From Lingula anatina (Eukaryota > Animalia > Brachiopoda), in contig CM120642.1 in the NCBI GenBank assembly GCA_051362555.1, positions 1,674,001 through 1,738,000 on the forward strand: a stretch of DNA of 64,000 nucleotides. The letters are read 5' to 3'. Positions 36,401-64,000 of this stretch are shown one piece after another. Each line of letters opens with the position of its first letter. The first letter of the stretch is position 1. Both the position numbers and the translations under genes were made by a program. Below the pieces are notes generated by a model. It had not been told where the DNA came from, did no database searches, and saw nothing but the letters and a program-made list of their open reading frames with translations.

Positions 36401-39400
36401 TTTACCTTTCACTACAATGCAGCTTATGTGTGTGTAATCATTTTTTAAATTAGCAAATGTCAAATTACCATTGCCCTGTTTAGTCATTCTCTTCCTCAAG
36501 AACATGGGCTGTTTGGGTAGGAACGGAAATCGGCGTCTCTGCAGCGGAGATCCCTCACCACTGGTGGCGCCACTGTAGCTACTCTCCAGTTTGTCTCCGT
36601 CAACACCGTTCACTGCAGCCTCGGTGATGTTGATGAAGTCTTCATATGGCTCTGTGTAAATGCTTTGAGTGTCTGGGCCAGGTTCCTGGATAATATACAG
36701 ATATCACTTGGTTTAAACATGTGTTAAAAAAGAGAGACATTATAATCATATCTAAATTCTATCCAATTCATGGTTTCTTTCTGCACCAGCTATCTGACAC
36801 TTCCTCTTTGCTTTTTTGTTGTTTTGTTATCCAATTAGCTGCATGCTCATTGTCATTACATGTTATCAATTTTTACAAAAAAATGTTTCTTTATTTATTC
36901 AGCATTGTAAATGAGCCAAATATATTAAACCATTTGATATCAGTGAATTCTATTTCAATCTGATCAATCTTGGTTATCATTCACACGACTATATTGAAAA
37001 CAATGTTTTGTGTAGTTTATCTTCTCCATAACTGTAATGTTTCTAACATTTTAGAATACAAATCTGCTGCTTTTTTTCCAACAACAAAAGATGATACATA
37101 AATTATCTTCACCTTGAGACTGAGCCTGTCCTCCTCCAACTCATCTCCACTTAACTGCTGAACATTCTTCTTCTTGGGTTTCACTACAGACACTCTCTCC
37201 ATACGCAAGTTGAATCTGTAATACAATAGGAAATGTAAAACATTAGACTGCAATTCCATGTACGTAGTTAATTTCTTAACCTGAATAGCTATTGTTCATA
37301 AAGTAAATCAAATAATAGGAAATTTAAAACATTACAATGTAATGCCATAAAGTTACTTTTTTCATTGTGAATAGCGTATAATAAATCAATTTTGCTTGTG
37401 CATTAAATATTTTCTTAAAGATTGAGTACTTTACAATTTCCTGTTGGCCACTTCAGAGTTGAATTAAAAATCATGTAATTCTGTGATGATCATGAGGAGC
37501 AAAGAACTCATGTCTGCCTACTTTTCTCCAGCTTGTTTGATCAATTTTGCAGCTTGTTTTTCTGAGTTGATCTTGACACCATTGACTGCTGACATGATGT
37601 CACCCTGGAATATATGTGGTTTTATGTGACATTAAGTTAATACATTATTTATTTATTTTTATTTATTTTTTTATTTATGCACACATAACTGACATAATTT
37701 AATCACATAATTACTTTGAAAGTGTATGTAACCTGGTCATTTAGTTATATTCTTCCTAATCAGCAATTAACATAGCAAACATTACTAATCAGACAACTGA
37801 TGAACACAAACACACACACACACGGGTCAATACAAAGTCCCTTATATTTCAATGTGAATACATAGGGGGTTTACCTATCAATATGCCCTAAAACCTACAT
37901 GAGCCTTAATTTCTGTATCTATTCAACATAGGTGTATTTCATGGTGCTCAAAGCTGATGAACATTTCCAATAACACTTTACCTTTTTTATATTTCCTTCC
38001 TTGGCTGGGGAGTTATCAAACACAGCCTCTATAACCAGAACATTTTCATATTTGTCCACATTAAATTCCTGGAAAGAAAAAAAAAACATTTCATATTACT
38101 TTATAAAATATTCAAATGGTAAAAATAGAAATTTATAATAGTAGTTACTGTTACCCTTCAAAACTTGTTAATACATTATAATAACATTTAAAAAAATGTC
38201 ATGTATGGATTTGTTTTTTCATAAATGGTTCAACTTTCTACATAATCTTTTTTTTTCTTTTTACCTCTCTAAAAAGAAGTCCCAAATTTTGACCCACAGG
38301 TCTGTTTATTGGCACCTCATATGTTTTATATACTCTTCTCTTCTTCATAGCCAGGTCTACCCAAGGTGCACTATCTGTTGAGAAAATATATCTCAATATT
38401 TCAAAATTAAAAGCTGTAAAGATTACTCTTCACTAATAATTTACAATTTAATCTAGGCTAAAAAGTCACATTTGTACCTTAAATGGCATTATAGTAGGGT
38501 AAAATATTCTTTTAAATTTGTCATCTTGTGTATGCCACTTTTTTTACATCTTTTTTTAAACACATTCCTGTAAATAATTCTTAAATCTCTGTTCGAGTAC
38601 AGCAATATCAGTTCTTCAAAAGTTATTTAGAATCTATTTTGACATATGCTACAATAATCATATTCATAATGATCAAGCCTACGTAGTGAATCTTAAGAAT
38701 GGATCATCATCATCATCATCACCCGTTTTCTCAGTTTCTTTTTTATCATGTCACGTGTAGTATAGAGACCCAACAAATGTACCAATTGCACCATTCTCAA
38801 TACACAATATTAATTAAAGAGCTGAGGTTGATGAAACGTGTGTCTCACCAATAGCCAGTGTACAGTACAGGTGTGCATCTCCTCCATAGTCTGCCAGCCT
38901 GGAACAGGTGAGCTGGCCCACCTGTAGTCTACCTGTACAGATACTCCTCTCATCATGTCTCACATCAGGAAAGCTGGATTCGGGTTCTTGTTTGGGGAAG
39001 AGGGGACCATAGCGGATTTTATAGAATGGCAATGTGTGTTTCTTACGGATTGTACGCCTTAACTGAATTTGGAAAAAAAATCAGAAATATATCATATTGC
39101 TTCATATTGTCATCAGAACAATTGTCTGTGGCTAGTTAACTGATGGAACATGCCATATTTGGGCCACAGACCTCAACATTTCATGAAAGATTTCTCTTTC
39201 CCATTCTAATTTTTCTAAAACTAGACATCAGAGTCCACACAGACCTTTAGGTTTTGATGATTAATCTTGATCTTCATCCATACCTGATTAACAATTAGAG
39301 ATGTCAGTTGTGGAATGGGTCTTCCTTCAAACCTGGAATCCACTTCAAATTCCATAATAGGTTCCTAAAATTAGTAGAAAGCAGTTAGATACCAGAAATA

Positions 39401-42391
39401 AGCACTATAACTTACAGGGATACAAACAGCAGATTCTGCAATATATCATAATGTAAAAAAAGCATGAAAGTTATATTTATGCCTTTATATGATAATGATC
39501 CACTGACATAGACCTAAAAGATACTTCTCAGCATAAACTGCACTGTACAAGTATTTACTTATCATTTTAATTAAACCATGGCAACATCTCCCTCCCCCCC
39601 CCCTCCAAAAAATAATAATTATTGTTATCATTAAAACTTAAATATTTATCATGTTAATTCAGTGTGTAGAACAGTGCTCCTCTTACCTCATAAAATGTCA
39701 GAGACCAGTGTGTAAAAGGCAGCCTTGACAACTGTAAGCGCAGTCTTCCCTTCAGTTTGGACAGCTCCACAGACAGGAAGGCAGACTTTCCAAATATGAG
39801 GTCTACATCTATTGCTAACTTGAAACCTCCAGAGTATTCAATGTCTAACTTCAAATCTAGTTCCTAGAAGGAATTTTTGTGGGTTCCATACAGTGAATGA
39901 AAGTCTAAAAGTCTGAATGAAGACCAAGGCCAAATTATATAAAAAATTAGAATTTTTTATTATAATTTTTTTTTAGATATTTGATTTCTTCAAAAAAGAA
40001 AAAAAAAGATGACAAATGAGTGTGAATAAAAGTATTTTTGCCTTCCAGTTTTCAAATGTAAACACCAATTAGTATATTTGTGTTAAATATAACTTTATAT
40101 CCCTCTGATTCCATTTTCCTTCATATCCCCATAGAACTAGAGCCATACCTCCATGCTCTGCCTGTCATCATGTAACTTGACAGCAGCCACTTTGGACGAC
40201 TTCACCACAGGAAATGTATTCCCCAAAGTGTAATGCCGCACCTGTGATGAAACTATGACATGAAACTCTAATGTATAAATACAAAGTTACTGCTAAAAAC
40301 AAGTTCTACAATAAAGTGAATATGACCTCAATGTAAAAGTCACTTACCCATTTTAATTTAAAAATGGCATCTTTCACTTAACAATTACACCAATAATTTC
40401 ATTTTAGTTTTTGGTGTAATCCATGTACCAGTTTATGATGTAATTCTACTACTACTTACAAAGATTTCATCAACTAATCTCCCTGTGGTAGTCCAAGCTC
40501 TAGTACACATGTACCAGTATATGATGTAATTCTACTACCACTTACAGAGATTTCATTGATCAACTAATCTCCCTGTGGTAGTCCAAGCTCTAGTACACAT
40601 GTACCAGTATATGATGTAATTCTACTACTACTTACAAAGACTTCATCAACTAATCTCCCTGTGGTAGTCCAAGCTCTAGTACACATGTACCAGTATATGA
40701 TGTAATTCTACTACTACTTACAGAGATTTCATTGATCAACTAATCTCCCTGTGGTAGTCTAAGCTCTAGTACACATGTACCAGTATATGATGTAATTCTA
40801 CTACTTACAGAGATTTCATCAACTAATCTCCCTGTGGTAGTCTGCAGAAGTTCTTCAAACTCTACGTTCATCTTCTTGGTCACCCATCTAGAAATAAAAC
40901 AAGTAACCATGTAGGCAGCAATTTCGAGAACCAGTCCTGGAACACTGACATGTAGACAGATAAACACAAATCCCCAACACAAATAAATCACGCATACATT
41001 GTATTCATCATTATCAAATTTTGGCATTCATTCAAATACCTGTCAAAACAATGTTGTAAACACTTTATATTTTACACCAAATCTGTCAAAAGAGAAGAAT
41101 TTCATGAAAAAATTAAATCATTCTGGGAGTACATAATTGTCAAATAGTGAAGTCCTTCTATAATGTTAGTACTATACCAATTCTTAGTACAAATGAAGCC
41201 AAAATATAATACATCTATTTTTAAAATTGTTCAGTTATTCTCCTCTTAGTAACAGTAGATTGTAAGTGTCACACTGGGAAGTATCAGGCTAAAAGTACTG
41301 AGTTTTTGGCTCAGACTGTTTTTTGACCACTTGCACTTTCCTATCTTTAACATCACGCTCGGCTGTCACCTTGATTGGATAGTAAACGATTGTCGTAAAA
41401 TCGCTAAATGATATTAAAATCGGGTGCATAAACTAGAAAACCACCTAGGACAACCTAAGACTGCCACATTAATCCAATACAATGCAAAAATAAACTATAA
41501 CAAGTGGTTAAAGCCTTCAATCGAAATAAAATACTGCCGGGCATCGGAGCGGCCTAAAACTTGGCACGCTTACCGCTAATACTGCAGGCTACATCATCCC
41601 ATCGCTCGTTTGTAAAATTCCGTGCACAATCAAACCGTAAATCAAAATTCCACCTCTGATGTTTAAGTTGGTCCACTCTAACCTACCATTACGAAAAAGA
41701 AGCCATGCCATTGGACAATGCGACCTCTGCGGTTACGTCATTTCCTGAATTGGATTGTTGAGAGGACCAAGATAAACATCAGGGGTGATATTTGGTGATA
41801 TTTGGCTTTATGGCTTGATTGTGCGTATGCCATGCACGGAATTTACAAACGAGCGACGGGATGATGTAGCCTGCAGTATTAGCGGTAAGCGTGCCAAGTT
41901 TTAGGCCGCTCCGATGCCCGGCAGTATTTTATTTCGATTATTCTGTTGGAACTGGATCAGGTTTGTTTCAGAAGCTCATTCTATTTTATTGTCTCTATGG
42001 AGGTATATGGGGACTTTACGACATTCGGTTTGAAGGCTTTAAGGTGACAGCCGAGCGTGTTTAACATACTCTCTTATTCGTTTGGTGTCCTTCAGTTCTC
42101 TAAACAAGAACTGAACAAACAAGTTGAGGCTATCACAGCTGTCTTCTTTCGTTGGGTCAAGATTCAAGACCAGGTTCTGAAGTTCCTGCAAAATTAAATG
42201 AGAATAAGTGAATAAAAGTAAAATAAATGTAAAAAAAGATATTTATAAAATAAAAACATGCTGACCATTCAAATAAAATTTAAATATTGCTTCCAAATAT
42301 GAATTTTCATAGCCTTCATTGAATTTTTTGATAACCGGTCTCAACTTTGTTCTGGTTAGGCATACTGTATCATAGTTACTGTATAGCTTCA

Positions 42392-42425
<34 letters not shown>

Positions 42426-42779
42426 CTAGTCTTATTATATATATAGAAATTACACAATTATTCTTCTAATGCGTTTTCATTTAATTCACATGAATTAATC
42501 AATAAAAGCTTAATTGCAGTTGGTAGTTTTTACAATACAGTCTAGTATATGTATAGAGATTCTTTATTGATACACCTTCACAAATAAGGTACAATCAAAG
42601 ATAGTGCATCTTACAACATTTACCTGTGGCAACGCGGCTTTTGAAGTCTGTGCACCGTAAGGAATCTCGGAGACGGGCTGTCTCTGCACGTAACGAGCGA
42701 TAATATAGATCTGGACGACCAGCGTCAGGATTATTCCACACAGAAACGAGATCAAAATAAGCGCCAATGTGGGCAACAT
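30475..42779 (-). CDS. PDZD8: PDZ domain-containing protein 8 (ER contact-site lipid-transfer protein; about 22 exons)
   Basis: Exon 1 (42624-42779) encodes an N-terminal TM segment. SMP-domain exons at 42070-42185, 40809-40887 and ~39687-39863 (LDIEYSGGFKLAIDV...LPFTHWS). PDZ at ~37521-38068 (SPAKEGNIKKGDI..VNG). C2-like exon ~34819-34961. C1 at ~32492-33146 (HDF...CNFCGKKIW...CHKKC). Last exon 30475-30750 is coiled-coil (LMLHYCAGLQHC). Internal boundaries are approximate. Confidence 0.92.
34155..34280. mobile_element. Truncated copy of the CAGGGGCGGAT MITE family
   Basis: GGATGGATCAACAAAGATAATTTGGAAGACTGTCAGAAAATGCCTCTGGA matches ~5027-5076 and the reverse complement of 13077-13125. TIRs are eroded. 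Confidence 0.7.
40422..40842. repeat. 86-90 bp tandem repeat (about 5 copies) made of a PDZD8 exon 3' end plus its splice donor
   Basis: ACTTAC (GTAAGT on the minus strand) at 40454, 40540, 40630, 40716 and 40803, each preceded on the minus strand by ACTACCACAGGGAGATTAGTTGAT...AAATCTCT from exon 40809-40887. Confidence 0.95.
41354..42059. mobile_element. 706-bp TIR element with an 8-bp TSD and an internal inverted duplication
   Basis: CACGCTCGGCTGTCACCTT...AAGGTGACAGCCGAGCGTG, TSD TTTAACAT (41346-41353 and 42060-42067). Internal inverted repeat ~41519-41626 versus ~41834-41939. Confidence 0.92.
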
Positions 42780-43713
42780 GATGATTCACTCTGTTTGTAA
42801 ACAGAAACTGTCGCTTCTCTATGTCGAGAAAATGAATGACTCGCTCTTGAAGCCTTGCTAAAAAATAAAATGCGTATCCGACAAACTTCACAGTGCTAAG
42901 GTTAGCGCAGCATCCGCTGTGAATTCCCTCCTCTAATCATATTGTCTGCAGTACTTCAACCGTGCATTTTACACATAAAGTTTTTTTCTGAAATAATCTA
43001 TATGGGCGCCGCCATTTTTTATTCACATAATTATTGCCAAGACAAGCTACAGGTGCATGCATAATCGTTGATAAGTTATTTTCCACTGTAGACAAAACTC
43101 AACAGCTGATGATACATACACTTTATAAGAATAGGTAAAAAATGGAAATAACACCCACTTCAGTCCCAGAAAGGAATTCTGACCGATAGAGTGGCATGTA
43201 AGTACATGAATAAATTTTAGAACTATCATTATGCGATACAAGAAATCCATATCCTTTAGAACGCCCATTTCTAATAAATCTGATTTCTCAAGGACAAATT
43301 AGAAAATGACACACACTGGCAATCAAACTGTTTGATGTTGATTTTTACGCATGATGACGACGTGTGAAAATCTACTTCGCCAAAACAAAAGTGCACAAAA
43401 AGTAGCTCAATGGTCTCTGAGTTAAAAAAAAAAAAACTATAATATTAATGAGTAATTATATGATATACCACAAAAATGTGTTTGCAATTAGTAGTAGTGC
43501 TGACAGTGAATGAAAAGGACTTCTTAAGGCTATTGCACTATCAGCATAAACACCATCACATATGATCTACTGATTTCTTCCCCAATATTTCAGTTTGCAA
43601 GGGCCAATACAACTACAAAGAAGTATACATGAAGGAATGCAAAAATTGAGATCATTGAAGCTGCTGATAGTTGTGTAGCACTACGCAGTGACTTACCAGC
43701 TCCAGTTGGCAAA

Positions 43714-45114
43714 ATGGCAGGCAATGTAGAGACAGAAGAGCTTTCATTTGATGCACAGCAAATTAATCCAATAATAGACACCCATAAGTGCAAATACTGT
43801 GACAAATCTTTCAGTTTGAAAAGTGACCTGGACAGACATGAAGTAAGCTCTCATGGTGAAAAAACTCAGCAGGGAGATCTTGTGAAACCTTATCAATGCA
43901 AATACTGTGATCAGAGATTTGTTTTGAAAAAAGATCGAGAAAAACATGAAAAATCCCATGAGGGAGATATGGAGAAGCAATTTAAATGCAAATACTGCAG
44001 CAAATCATTCATTTCAAAAAGCGATGTTGACAGACATGAAGCGACTCACTATGGGGATCTGGAGAAACCATATAAATGCCAGTACTGTGAAAAGAGGTTT
44101 TCACACAAAGAAAGCCAGAACAGACACGAGAAAACTCACTTTGAAGATAAAACATACAAGTGTCAGTTTTGTGACAAGGTTTTTGCACAGAGGGAAAGCC
44201 AAGTGAGACACGAGAAAACTCACTCTGGAGAGAAGCCATACAAGTGCCAATTCTGTGACAGTTCATTTTATAGAAAGTTTAGCTTTGTAGAGCATCAGAG
44301 AACTCACAGTGGAGAAAGACCCTACAAATGTCTTTTCTGCTGTAAGACGTTCTCCCAGAAGGGAAGCATGGCACAACATGAGAAAACTCACACTGGAGAA
44401 AAACCTTACAAATGCAGGTTCTGTGACAAGAGCTTTATTCAAAAGTCAAACTGTGCTAAACATGAAAGAGTTCACACCGGTGAGAAGCCCTATAAGTGTC
44501 AATATTGTGACACTGCATTCTCACTTAAAAATAAATGTGTGTGGCATGAAAGGATTCACACGGGTGAAAAACCTTACAAATGCCAGTTCTGTGAGAAGTT
44601 GTTTTCTCAAAGGTCAAACTGTCTTATGCATGAAAGAATTCACACTGGAGAGAAGCCTTACAAATGTAAATTTTGCGATAGTGCATTTGCTCGGAAGTTC
44701 ACTCTTGTAGAACATGAGAGGATTCACACTGGAGAAAAGCCATACAAGTGCGAATTCTGTGACAAGTCATTTGCCCAGCGAGTTGTGTGGGAGATGCATG
44801 TGAAGATTCACAGTGATAACAAGCCATATAAATGTCAGTACTGTGACAAAGCATTCATTCTTAACATACGGAGGGTAAAACATGAAAAGACTCATAAAAA
44901 TGAGAAATTACTGGATTCAAACAGTAGAAAAAAACTGGATTCAAACAATAAGAAAGAGAAATCATCTGCAAATGTACATGTTAAGGATAAACCTCAGCAT
45001 GATTCTAACCATAAAAAGAAATCTCACATGGTCATAATCAATAAAAAGAAATCTATTGAAAATGCCAATTGTAAAGAGAAAGCAGAAGGAGACGCGGCTA
45101 CACAGCCTGAGTGA
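43714..45114 (+). CDS. Single-exon tandem C2H2 zinc-finger protein (13 fingers, 466 aa)
   Basis: 13 CxxC-x12-Hxxx(x)H units, several joined by TGEKPY linkers, and a Lys-rich tail. In-frame stop upstream of the ATG. No effector domain is visible. Confidence 0.93.
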   Translation: MAGNVETEELSFDAQQINPIIDTHKCKYCDKSFSLKSDLDRHEVSSHGEKTQQGDLVKPYQCKYCDQRFVLKKDREKHEKSHEGDMEKQFKCKYCSKSFISKSDVDRHEATHYGDLEKPYKCQYCEKRFSHKESQNRHEKTHFEDKTYKCQFCDKVFAQRESQVRHEKTHSGEKPYKCQFCDSSFYRKFSFVEHQRTHSGERPYKCLFCCKTFSQKGSMAQHEKTHTGEKPYKCRFCDKSFIQKSNCAKHERVHTGEKPYKCQYCDTAFSLKNKCVWHERIHTGEKPYKCQFCEKLFSQRSNCLMHERIHTGEKPYKCKFCDSAFARKFTLVEHERIHTGEKPYKCEFCDKSFAQRVVWEMHVKIHSDNKPYKCQYCDKAFILNIRRVKHEKTHKNEKLLDSNSRKKLDSNNKKEKSSANVHVKDKPQHDSNHKKKSHMVIINKKKSIENANCKEKAEGDAATQPE

Positions 45115-46412
45115 ATTCTGCTTTGTAAAAAGAACATTAAAACAACCTATTCTTGTCTGGTGTAAAACCAGATTTGAAATTACCTTACATTAATACTATG
45201 ATCATAATCTAGTATGGTGTGGTACATAATTTCATCTACAGTTATTATTGTTGTTATTCATCATTGAAATTGATGTAAAATTATAGAGTTATATATTGTG
45301 CTTAAGTGTTATTTTACCAGTTTTACTTGTTAAATTTATATAGAAAAAATATTGCAGTAATTTTAAATTGTGGGTAATTTTTATAGTACTGATTCATCTG
45401 TTCTAGGCAATGATTGTAAACATTTTTCTATTCATTGTATTTTTTGTGACATATTTTGTTATTTTACTATTCAACTATTTCAATAAACACCAGTAGGTGG
45501 TAGTAAATATAAAGAAGATATGAAAACAAGTTTTCAGCATTTAGTAGCAGTGCATGTACTTCTTATGTAATGGAAAATATGTTATGTTTTAAATTTTGTT
45601 AGATGTTTTGTTACATATAATTTTGTAAACAGTTGAGTACACATTTAAATTCATCTTGACTGGTACTGAATATAGTTGTTATATATCTTATTAAGGCGTT
45701 TAGTTTTTGAAAATCAATTTTCAATATTTTCTTTTTTTAACAGAAAGTTCTACATATCTTATGTTATTTGTGCAAGAATTAGTGGAATTATTTAAAGGTG
45801 CAATATCATATCAATATCAATTTCCAGAGTAAAAGTTTACTGTTGTAGCAATTTTTATCCTATTTTTTTCTATGCTTTTCTTTACGTGATACCAAAAAAA
45901 AAAAGCTATCTGCTTGGTATGAAATAAAGTTTCAACATAAAATAAAATGTCTTAATCAACCTGAAAAAACTGTTGAGAGTAAGTACCATCAACAGGGTCA
46001 GTTCTTTGCAAAATTTCACTGCAGATATTTCAAATCGTAATCGTTTAAATTCTCAATATTAATATATGAAGCTTGAAAAATGTACAGGATCCTATAAAGC
46101 AGTTATAAAACGTCAAAGACTATATATTTTTATTACAAGAAAACATGACATATGTAAACTCCTTTAGATGCTTGCAAGATAAAAATAAATTTAAACCTCT
46201 AAAGCAGCATATACAAGGCTAATAAATTCACATAATCCTTGTAAAGAAATTCAGAGTGACATTCCAGATTTGGAATCAATCTTTGGCTGCATTCGTACCT
46301 CTTTTTATACAAAGTCATTTTTCAGGAAGGAACTTTTTTATACACCTCCCTGTTGACTGGGTGAAATAGCAATAATGCCTGTCATGAACAAACTTGAACA
46401 AATAACTAGTAT

Positions 46413-46575
46413 CAGGGGCGGACGGAAGCTGTCTTCTGGAAGACCCAGAAGATGGTAAAAATTTTTAAGTTTACACTGAAGGGCATCCAACTTTTCCTGT
46501 CAAAAAACAGTCAAAAATAGAGGATGGAACAATAATTTGGAAGACTGTGAGAAAACATCCCTGGATCTGCCTCTC
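46413..46575. mobile_element. CAGGGGCGGAT-family MITE
   Basis: CAGGGGCGGA...ATCTGCCTCTC flanked by AGTAT (46408-46412 and 46576-46580). Opposite orientation to 13067-13234. Confidence 0.8.
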
Positions 46576-46755
46576 AGTATGCCAGAGAAAACAGCATTAA
46601 TACTCAGCAGACAACGTTTTTAATAATGTGGAAAATTCGTTCAGCAAAAGATGCAAAGTTGCGAAAAAGAGTGTTCAGTTTTATATTTACACACCAAGAA
46701 TATAAGATAAACTTTTGTTCATATTTCAGTGGTTTTGAGTAACCAGATTCAAATC

Positions 46756-47696
46756 CTACGTCAAGGCAAACATGATGACATCATAAAGTCCTTTGGGAAA
46801 TCCTTTTTGTTTCTCCTCTTTAATAATCTTCAGTCCAGCCTCCATCATAAGTTTAACCAGAATATCTCTCGGCCTTGTGACACTGCTGTCTGTATCATCT
46901 TTATCTACCTCATCACTTGATGTCACGTTCTCCTTCACAAAGATCATCCCGTCAGGTGCCAGTCCCACTTTACATCTTTTAAAGAACTCCACCAAGTGTG
47001 AGTCCGTCAGGTGTCCAAGCACCCACTGACACCAAATGACATCATAGCGCCCTGCCTCGGGAGTAAAGTCCTGTAAACCTTTGGCGATGTATTGTTCTAC
47101 TTTATCTGCATGTTCACCCAGGAATTCTCTGGCTTTGTTTAAGAAGTCTGGGTTCAGTTCAACCATGTCAACAGTGTCAAAGAGTGGGATCAGGAGACGT
47201 TTTGTGATTCTTCCGATCCCTGCACCACAGTCTAAAGCACGGTGAGACTTTGTCTTTGCATTTTCACCCTGAAATAAAAGACTTTTTATATACAATATCT
47301 GGGTAATTTGGATGGGTACTTTGGCAATGGACCAAGAAAAAAATAATGTTATTATATATCAAACTTCTTTTTTTGGTAACTTGATGAAATAGTATTCTAT
47401 CAAAATTAATTAATAAGTTAATATAATATAATATAAAATCAATAAACAGTGTACGCAATATTGAAAGAAATCTCAAATTTCCAACATCACAGTGATATGG
47501 ATTCCTCCAGGGGTATGAAATGCGTTTTCCACAGAATACTTACTCTGATGAACTGTCTTAAAAACTTTGTTGATCCGTTGATGTCAGTATTAGAGATGTG
47601 AGAAAAACCTCCCAACATCCCGTCAACTGTGGCTGGCACCTCTTTCCAATATTTATCAGCGTCTTGGTAAAACTTCTCCGTATCTGGTTCTGCCAT
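46756..47696 (-). CDS. NTMT1: N-terminal Xaa-Pro-Lys N-methyltransferase (2 exons, 221 aa)
   Basis: Exons 47544-47696 (FY..A..YW..VPATVDGMLGG) and 46756-47268 (ALDCGAGIGRITKRLL, YDVIWCQWVLGHLTD, DSSVTR). Phase-0 GT-AG intron. Confidence 0.96.
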
Positions 47697-48296
47697 TTCG
47701 TCAGTTCTCCGGTCGTGTTGATACTGTGTACTGAGAGTAAATTATAACAACGCGTTATTGCAAGTGATCATACCACACTAATCCACAGACACAATCACGT
47801 TACTGGGGAAAGCATTTCATTATTTTAGGAAATACCGGTATGACTATGTACAAAATAAAAAAGAGTTTTTAATACGCCTTCCTCTGTGTTTCTATTACAC
47901 CTAACTGTACAGAAAAAGTGTTTATGTGATCTAAGGCACATTGTTATTTACCTGCCAGTTACCTGCCGATTGACCTGCCCTCTAGCGACAGACCGCGTTT
48001 AATATTACAATATTTTTAATAAAAAAAATGTGTCAAGGCATGATACACATACAGTCAGATACTTTTTAAAAACCATATATATAAGACAGTGTATTTTCTT
48101 TTTTCTTATCTTTATTATTTCTGGACCTGTCAAACCTGACATCTCGCGAGAGCGAGAATATGAAAAATAGTTTAAAAGATGGTGGACGAGTGTCAGAAAT
48201 TTTCTATAATGAGGATGAATAAGATAAAATTCTAGTAGTCTGTATGATGTATTTAATTGTCTTTTAGATTTTGACTTACTTATACATCAGACCAGC
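47697..48296. promoter_or_regulatory. Probable bidirectional promoter between NTMT1 and KIFAP3
   Basis: Divergent ATGs 600 bp apart. Perfect TCTCGCGAGA palindrome at 48142-48151 and a CTCF-like CTGCCCTCTAGCG at 47975-47987. Confidence 0.6.

Positions 48297-64000
<15,704 letters not shown>

Noticed and set aside
43590-44710. Alternative-frame and antisense ORFs over the zinc-finger gene
   Set aside because: Shadow ORFs produced by the repetitive finger codons.

Overview
AT-rich, intron-containing invertebrate genomic DNA. The repeat families suggest a lophotrochozoan, probably a mollusc, but that is inference. Seven protein-coding genes could be reconstructed by hand from splice sites. They are two tandem acid ceramidase (ASAH1) paralogs on the minus strand (one complete, 397 aa; one with no recognisable last exon in the window), ATOX1 (+), PDZD8 (-), a single-exon 13-finger C2H2 gene (+), NTMT1 (-) and the 5' part of KIFAP3 (+). 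Six of them form three head-to-head pairs. KIFAP3 has two minor-spliceosome (U12) introns, one of them AT-AC with a triplicated branch site. Its 9.1-kb intron holds a stack of mobile elements: an 858-bp fold-back element, a full-length DIRS1-type tyrosine-recombinase retrotransposon, and, inside the DIRS1 methyltransferase-like domain, an unclassified 3.3-kb TIR element with a 7-bp TSD, 188-bp tandem repeats and apparent splice signals. The other introns carry Helentron/HINE-type elements with 146-161 bp internal arrays, a Penelope remnant that has spawned a 53-bp minisatellite, a TIR element with a RecQ-helicase remnant, several MITEs, and a tandem amplification of a PDZD8 exon end plus its splice donor. 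I found no prokaryotic system, CRISPR array, rRNA or tRNA. The best novelty candidates are the unclassified nested element, the two splice-signal amplifications and the asymmetric fate of the ASAH1 duplicates.
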